Assembly (NCBI GenBank): GCA_024277055.1
Contig: JAJRVZ010000047.1
Coordinates: 1 to 42,287 of the forward strand
Reading direction: 5' to 3'
Origin: Calditrichota bacterium
GTDB lineage: Bacteria > Calditrichota > Calditrichia > JAJRVZ01
Length of the DNA: 42,287 nt
Of the stretch, positions 37,293 through 42,287 are shown one piece after another. Numbering within the stretch: position 1 is the stretch's first letter; each line of letters starts with the position of its first letter. A program made the position numbers and the translations under genes. Below the pieces are notes generated by a model. That model was not told where the DNA came from. It worked only from the letters and a program-made list of their open reading frames with translations, and did not search any database.

Positions 37293-40102
37293 CAAAACTC
37301 TACCGATAAGCCGGCTCTGATATTCCGGGGATTCTTGTAACGTGCCGGGTTGTAGGGAAACGGACTGCTGATCGGCCATGAAACATCCGGAAAAAGCGGG
37401 TCATTCCAGCTGGAAGGTACGGGATCGCCGTATTCATAGGCGCGTCCGGTTACCGGATTTACAATATTTGTGTTTTTAAAATTAAACAGGTTCAGTATTT
37501 CAAAATACAGTGTTAATCTTGTATTCAAAAAAACATTATAATATTTTTCAAATTTCAGGTCGGCCCAGCTCCAGATTCCGGCAATTTTGCTGAACTGATC
37601 CCCTTCGTCACGGGAAGTTGAATATAACGGTTGTCCGGTCAGCGGATCATTCTGATCGAAAACCGCCGGGGTGTAACGCTTGCCGGCCATGGCCAGCCAG
37701 TAAAAATTTATATTCCAGCCGGTGGGCATATCAATGCCGAAAAGCTGCCATTTGTCATTTTCCGGATTAAAATAATTCAGGCTCAGATTAGCCTGCCAGG
37801 GACGATCCCACACCGCGAAGGTTTCGCGGATCGGTTCTTCTTCAATCACCCCGAGATAGATCAGGTCCTGAACATTCGGAGACGAATTTTTGGTTGTGAT
37901 AATTGAATAGGAGCCGCCGACGCCGGCACTGAAATTTCGCCCGATTCGAGTGCGGTAATCCACCTCTATTCCCCGTGAGCGCGCATAATCCAGATTCAGA
38001 TAAAATACGGCCGAACCGATACGCGGAATGCCGCGGATCGTCGTGGTTTGGATATAGTCGAATATATCTTTGTAATACGCGGTTATACTGAGCACATCAT
38101 TTTCGGTAAATTTATTTCGGATACCCAGTTCGTAAGCCACCGTTGTTTCCGGATTCAAATTGGGATTGCCGAATTTCTGAAACGAGCCGCTGGCGCTGGT
38201 CGGGCCAAGTTTTGCGTAAACGAACTGCGGCTTCGGCCATTTCGAAAAGTGGCCGTAGTTGAAGAACAACATCATATTGTTGGAGACAGGATGGCTGACT
38301 CCGATCCGCGGACTGATTCGCATTTTATAATGGCGGTCAAACAGGGTAAAAGTCTCGTTGCGGTATTGCCGGCGCATGGCAGGCGTGAGAATGAACAGCG
38401 AAGTATCTTTTATCGCATCGTCCACATATTTCCCGGGAAACCAGTAGTCGAGCCGAACGCCTGCATTCAGAATCATGCCGCTGAAGGTAATATCGTCCTG
38501 CACGTAGGCGCCTCCGATCGCCGGAAAAACACGGTAGATATCCTGGCTGCTGCCCCAGCCGTTATTAAGATAGGGGGCAACGATATCGATCAGTTGCATT
38601 TCCTGCACACGCGATTCGAAACCTATTTTAATCTGGTGGTCTTCCAGTGCATGACTGGTAAAGGTACCTTTCAAGGTCCATTCGTCAACAAAATGATCAT
38701 GCCAGAAACTTGCTTTCCCGCCGTCATAGAATCCGTCCCCGGGTACGACACGAACCCGATTGCTGTCCGGATACCAGTACTGTACCGGCAGGCGGGTGAC
38801 ATCCTGGGCCCGCGAGTAGCTCGTCCAGTGCCCATTGTCGCTGCGCAGGTTGGTAAAATAGCGGCTTAACTTCAGATCGAAAAAATTTGCCTTGTCCAGG
38901 GTATGCGTCCAGCTGAAGGACAGCTGATCGTTGTTGTGGGTAATGGTGTTAAAATTATCCAGAATCTGCGAATACTGATACGGAAAGCCGGGATTCGGGG
39001 GTTCGTAACTCTGCCGCGTTTGCAGTGATTGTGTATTTTGATTTATTGAAACCGACTTGTTATAGGTAAGAACGAATTTATTTATAGGGTTCAGTTTCCA
39101 GGTGAGTTTGAACAAACCGGACCAATTATTGTTCTGCCGCGGCGCAAAACGGGTTCCGTAAAAAATGGAAGAATTCAGTTGTTTCGCTGCGGTACGGGTA
39201 TAATCATCCGATATAAACATGTACAAATTGGTAAAAATGTAAAACTCACCCGGAAGGTCAAGCCCAAGAAAAGGAAACAGTTTGGCGCTTATCGGTTCCG
39301 GACCGCCGAATGTCATTTCAACAATATCCGAATTGAAACTGAAGGATTGATCACGAAACATACCCAGGTGATCCGATTTATAGGAAAAGGAACCGGAATA
39401 GGTGTCACCACCCGATTTGGTTCGTACATTGATCACACCGGAAGTCGCCTGTCCGTATTCTGCGCGGTAACCGCCGGTCATTACTTCGACTTCTTCGATG
39501 GCATTTTTACTGAGATTCAATCCAAAACCGGTACCGGCCAGGGGGTCCTGTACGGAAATATCATCCAGCAGGTAGGCCGTCTCGTGTGTGCGGCTGCCGC
39601 GAATATGAATCTCGTTATCCGTTTCAACCACACCGGTTTGCTGGGCGATCAGTCCCTGAACGTTTTCAATGGCCTTCCCTGCTATCTCCGCCCCGCTGAT
39701 TGTCTTTGAGCTGGCTGTTTCCTTTATATCAAAAAGCGGTTTTTCACCAATAACCACAATTTCCTGTCCCAGGGCCAGAATGGTCGGTTGCAAAGAAATA
39801 TTCACTACCGAGTTCTTTCCGGCTTCAACCTTTACGCCGGTGCGTTTGGTCACTTTATACCCGACAAACTGGATTTCCAGCGAATATTCCCCCGATTTTA
39901 CATTTTCAATAAGATAAAACCCCTCCAGATCGGTAGAAGCGCCGAGATAGGTACCCTCTACTGAAATATTGACCCCGATCAGCGGTTCACCGGTTTCGGC
40001 GTCGCTGATTACGCCGGATATTTTACCGGGTTGGTTTTGTGCGAAAAGATAAACGGACAGAATCATGAACAGGTATAATCGTGAAAATTTCATAGGCATC
40101 AC
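37292..40102 (-). CDS. TonB-dependent receptor with N-terminal carboxypeptidase-regulatory-like domain
   Basis: GKISGVISDAETGEPLIGVNI, plug IHIRGSR and GGYRAEYGQATSGVIN, ISPRIG, GNPNLNPETTVAYELG, C-terminal PRNIRAGLSVEF. Confidence 0.92.
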   Translation of the reverse strand: MMPMKFSRLYLFMILSVYLFAQNQPGKISGVISDAETGEPLIGVNISVEGTYLGASTDLEGFYLIENVKSGEYSLEIQFVGYKVTKRTGVKVEAGKNSVVNISLQPTILALGQEIVVIGEKPLFDIKETASSKTISGAEIAGKAIENVQGLIAQQTGVVETDNEIHIRGSRTHETAYLLDDISVQDPLAGTGFGLNLSKNAIEEVEVMTGGYRAEYGQATSGVINVRTKSGGDTYSGSFSYKSDHLGMFRDQSFSFNSDIVEMTFGGPEPISAKLFPFLGLDLPGEFYIFTNLYMFISDDYTRTAAKQLNSSIFYGTRFAPRQNNNWSGLFKLTWKLNPINKFVLTYNKSVSINQNTQSLQTRQSYEPPNPGFPYQYSQILDNFNTITHNNDQLSFSWTHTLDKANFFDLKLSRYFTNLRSDNGHWTSYSRAQDVTRLPVQYWYPDSNRVRVVPGDGFYDGGKASFWHDHFVDEWTLKGTFTSHALEDHQIKIGFESRVQEMQLIDIVAPYLNNGWGSSQDIYRVFPAIGGAYVQDDITFSGMILNAGVRLDYWFPGKYVDDAIKDTSLFILTPAMRRQYRNETFTLFDRHYKMRISPRIGVSHPVSNNMMLFFNYGHFSKWPKPQFVYAKLGPTSASGSFQKFGNPNLNPETTVAYELGIRNKFTENDVLSITAYYKDIFDYIQTTTIRGIPRIGSAVFYLNLDYARSRGIEVDYRTRIGRNFSAGVGGSYSIITTKNSSPNVQDLIYLGVIEEEPIRETFAVWDRPWQANLSLNYFNPENDKWQLFGIDMPTGWNINFYWLAMAGKRYTPAVFDQNDPLTGQPLYSTSRDEGDQFSKIAGIWSWADLKFEKYYNVFLNTRLTLYFEILNLFNFKNTNIVNPVTGRAYEYGDPVPSSWNDPLFPDVSWPISSPFPYNPARYKNPRNIRAGLSVEF

Positions 40103-41490
40103 CGCTGTAATCCAAAAACGTTTCTGAAAATCCGGCTCATAAACAGGGGCGCATTACCATTGCTGTTCAGACTCTGCACCGGAAACCCGATAAAAACAAA
40201 ATCATTTTCACCGGTATTGTCATTTTCTCCCAGCACAGCCATCACCGGATCGTTTTCACCCTGCCCTGTATCATATCGATATAATACATGGGCATTGTCT
40301 TTCGGCACCAGTGAGAACACGCCGAATTCGGTCTTGCTTACGTTCAGTTGCGGAAGCCTCAGTGAAGCGGTAAAACCATCACTGCTGTCGGGATAAAACA
40401 CTTTATTCAGACTGATGCGGTTAAAAAAAGTGCCCAGATCGGCGATGGGAGAAAATTCCAGTGGATTGCCCTGCCCGGCTTCAAAGCCGGTATTGAATTG
40501 CATGGTAAAAAATATTTTGCGGGCAATGTACGACGGATCGTTTGAAAATTTCCGCAGTTCGGGTATAGCCGCTTGGGCTTCAGCCAGGTGCGGCGTCAGG
40601 TCGGCATACCAGATGATATATTTGAACAGTTTCAGGGTTTCGGTAAACGGAATATTGGACGGCGGCAGGTTCTCCCTGATGTTCCAGTAGGAATAGTCGC
40701 CGAACATCGTATCCATTACCGCCCGGTAAAATACATCGGCTTCACTGCGCAGAAAATCATCAATCAGGATCGCCTCCCCGACCGGTTGTTTGATGAAGAA
40801 GAAATTATTTTCATTCTCAGGCATGCGGATGGTTTTGCTGCGCGCACCGGCCTGATCCACAGCACGGATAAAAAAAGCATGTTCACCCGGCGTAAGTCCG
40901 TCCGCTTCCCGCAAAGTCAGAAACGGCGGATTATCACCCGGATAGCTGTTCCAGCCGGAAGATGTATCATCGAGTGCCCACTCATAGGTGGATATGGTTG
41001 AATCGCCGTCGATATCGGAAATGGTCCAGAAAAAAGTTACCACCGTGAAAGAGGTATCGGGAACGGCAAGATTGCCGATCCATTCAATTACCGGTACGGA
41101 ATTTTTTACCGGAAACATCTGTCTGGCCGGCGTCGGGTCTTCAGCGCCGTCATCATCGATCGCTTTTACCTGAAAGGTGTAAATCGTATCCAGCCCGGTT
41201 ATTTTCAACGGAAACGTTTCCTGCCTTTCTTCCGTAAAAATCCAGTCACTGTCGGAAGGATTTACCGCCCACGTATAATAGTAGCCGGTAACGAAGCCAT
41301 CGGCATCATCCCCGAACCAGCTTATGGTACGCACGCTGCTGGTATAATTCAGTGTATCCTGATGCTGGATAAAAATATGCGTTTCCGGTGGACTGTTAAT
41401 TTCGGAAGCACCGGGATTATTATCATCGCAGGACCAAAACCAGACCAGGATAATTAACAGGATGATATTTAAATTCCGTACGTTTCTCAT
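40099..41490 (-). CDS. Lipoprotein with two Ig/FN3-like modules, function unknown
   Basis: Start at ATG 41490 gives MRNVRN, a hydrophobic stretch and WFWSC lipobox. Two related modules: ISWFGDDADG..YTFQVKAIDDDG and FFWTISDIDG..HAFFIRAVDQAG. Confidence 0.75.
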   Translation of the reverse strand: MRNVRNLNIILLIILVWFWSCDDNNPGASEINSPPETHIFIQHQDTLNYTSSVRTISWFGDDADGFVTGYYYTWAVNPSDSDWIFTEERQETFPLKITGLDTIYTFQVKAIDDDGAEDPTPARQMFPVKNSVPVIEWIGNLAVPDTSFTVVTFFWTISDIDGDSTISTYEWALDDTSSGWNSYPGDNPPFLTLREADGLTPGEHAFFIRAVDQAGARSKTIRMPENENNFFFIKQPVGEAILIDDFLRSEADVFYRAVMDTMFGDYSYWNIRENLPPSNIPFTETLKLFKYIIWYADLTPHLAEAQAAIPELRKFSNDPSYIARKIFFTMQFNTGFEAGQGNPLEFSPIADLGTFFNRISLNKVFYPDSSDGFTASLRLPQLNVSKTEFGVFSLVPKDNAHVLYRYDTGQGENDPVMAVLGENDNTGENDFVFIGFPVQSLNSNGNAPLFMSRIFRNVFGLQR

Positions 41491-41596
41491 AGTGATTTCA
41501 TAATAACCATTAAAGCACCACAGCTGGTTTCCGTTCAATTGAAATGCAACCAATCGGACTCGGGTAGATTACCGATAATCTTTCATGCTGTTAACA

Positions 41597-41618
41597 GCCC
41601 CGGCCGTGGGGCCGGGGC
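41597..41618 (-). other. GC-rich intergenic hairpin (weak terminator or mRNA-stabilising stem)
   Basis: Perfect 9-bp stem GCCCCGGCC / GGCCGGGGC about 40 nt after the upstream stop; no proper U-tract. Confidence 0.55.
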
Positions 41619-41657
41619 CTGATTGCAACAAAATTTTAAAGTATTTCAACCCTGCCG

Positions 41658-42287
41658 CTATCTGATTAAAACCATTTTTTTCAAGGATTGATTTTTCCCC
41701 GCCTGAATTCGATACAGGTACACACCACTCGAAACCTGTACCCCGCCTGCATTCAAACCGTTCCATTTCACTTCGTAATTGCCGGCCGGGATATCCGCAT
41801 CCATTATCCGGGCTATCTCCTGTCCGAGGACGTTGTACACCGACAACACCACATGCTCTGCGGACGGTATACTGAATCGGATCGAGGTTGACGGGTTGAA
41901 CGGATTCGGATAATTCTGTTCCAGAACGAAATTTTCAGGAACGGTTTCATCGATCGTACGAATGGTTGTGCTCAACCCGAAGACATCATAATCTCCGCGC
42001 GGAATCACTTTCGGGAAATTGAAACTGAAATAGCCGAAACCGTACAGCGAGTCGATGGTCGCGTTCAATGCGTATATCGAATCGCGCTGGCCGTTGAAAT
42101 TAAAGAACCAGTCATCAACACGTATATCGCCGGTGCCGTCATTCACTACAAATTCGCCATGATTGCTGGGCCAGTCCGGCCAGGGATCCGACACCGTCAG
42201 ATCGCTTAATTTCAGGAAAACGCTTTCCATGGCCTCTTCCAGCGGTGCCCCGCTGTTTATCTCGTTCACCGCCGTCGGCCTCGGCGC
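41658..42287 (-). CDS. C-terminal part of a secreted protein with a T9SS type A/FlgD-Ig-like sorting domain; 5' end outside the window
   Basis: Frame open to the window edge. C-terminal LEQNYPNPFNPSTSIRF..VYNVLGQEI..WNG..VSSGVYLYRI..KKMVLIR, preceded by an OB-fold-like segment (ESVFLKLSDLTV..GEFVVNDGTG..RVDD). Confidence 0.85.
   Translation of the reverse strand, partial: APRPTAVNEINSGAPLEEAMESVFLKLSDLTVSDPWPDWPSNHGEFVVNDGTGDIRVDDWFFNFNGQRDSIYALNATIDSLYGFGYFSFNFPKVIPRGDYDVFGLSTTIRTIDETVPENFVLEQNYPNPFNPSTSIRFSIPSAEHVVLSVYNVLGQEIARIMDADIPAGNYEVKWNGLNAGGVQVSSGVYLYRIQAGKNQSLKKMVLIR

Noticed and set aside
3323-41891. Numerous antisense or nested ORFs, including long ones at 5018-5644, 9352-9951, 35369-36025 and 38048-38869
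   Set aside because: They lie wholly opposite or within well-supported genes, have no recognisable motifs, and are the expected shadows of codon bias.
1-42287. CRISPR arrays, tRNA/rRNA genes, transposases, integrases, prophage or defence genes
   Set aside because: None seen. Intergenic gaps are short, lack periodic repeats, and no ORF carries the relevant motifs.

Overview
A gene-dense bacterial chromosomal segment. The TonB-dependent receptor/PorV-family genes and a T9SS-type C-terminal domain suggest an FCB-related or Calditrichota-like organism (inference). Most of the window is housekeeping: gatB, gatA, tatA, purQ, purS, pssA, psd, purB, an HtrA protease, transaldolase, truA, saccharopine dehydrogenase, an M16 peptidase pair, a YgiQ radical SAM protein and a parvulin PPIase. 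There is also a five-gene peptidoglycan-recycling operon (NamZ, GT2, divergent ROK kinase, SpoIID/LytB, and an AmpG with a large inserted domain) and a SusD-less TonB receptor/PorV/lipoprotein cluster. The most unusual element is at the left edge and is absent from the supplied ORF track. A minus-strand ORF starts at 1651 and runs off the window; it fuses a catalytically degenerate glutamyl-tRNA reductase (HemA)-like domain of about 320 aa to an intact sigma54 enhancer-binding AAA+ domain. It lies 3 nt downstream of a HemX/CcsA-family membrane protein gene. Upstream of this pair are a sigma54-like -24/-12 element, a candidate ~90-nt terminated small RNA with an anti-Shine-Dalgarno-like seed, and four copies of a TGTTTCA-N3-TGAAACA palindrome, two placed like an enhancer and two like an operator. 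Together they look like a candidate heme/tetrapyrrole-sensing sigma54 regulatory system that I do not recognise as described. I saw no tRNA, rRNA, CRISPR array or mobile element.
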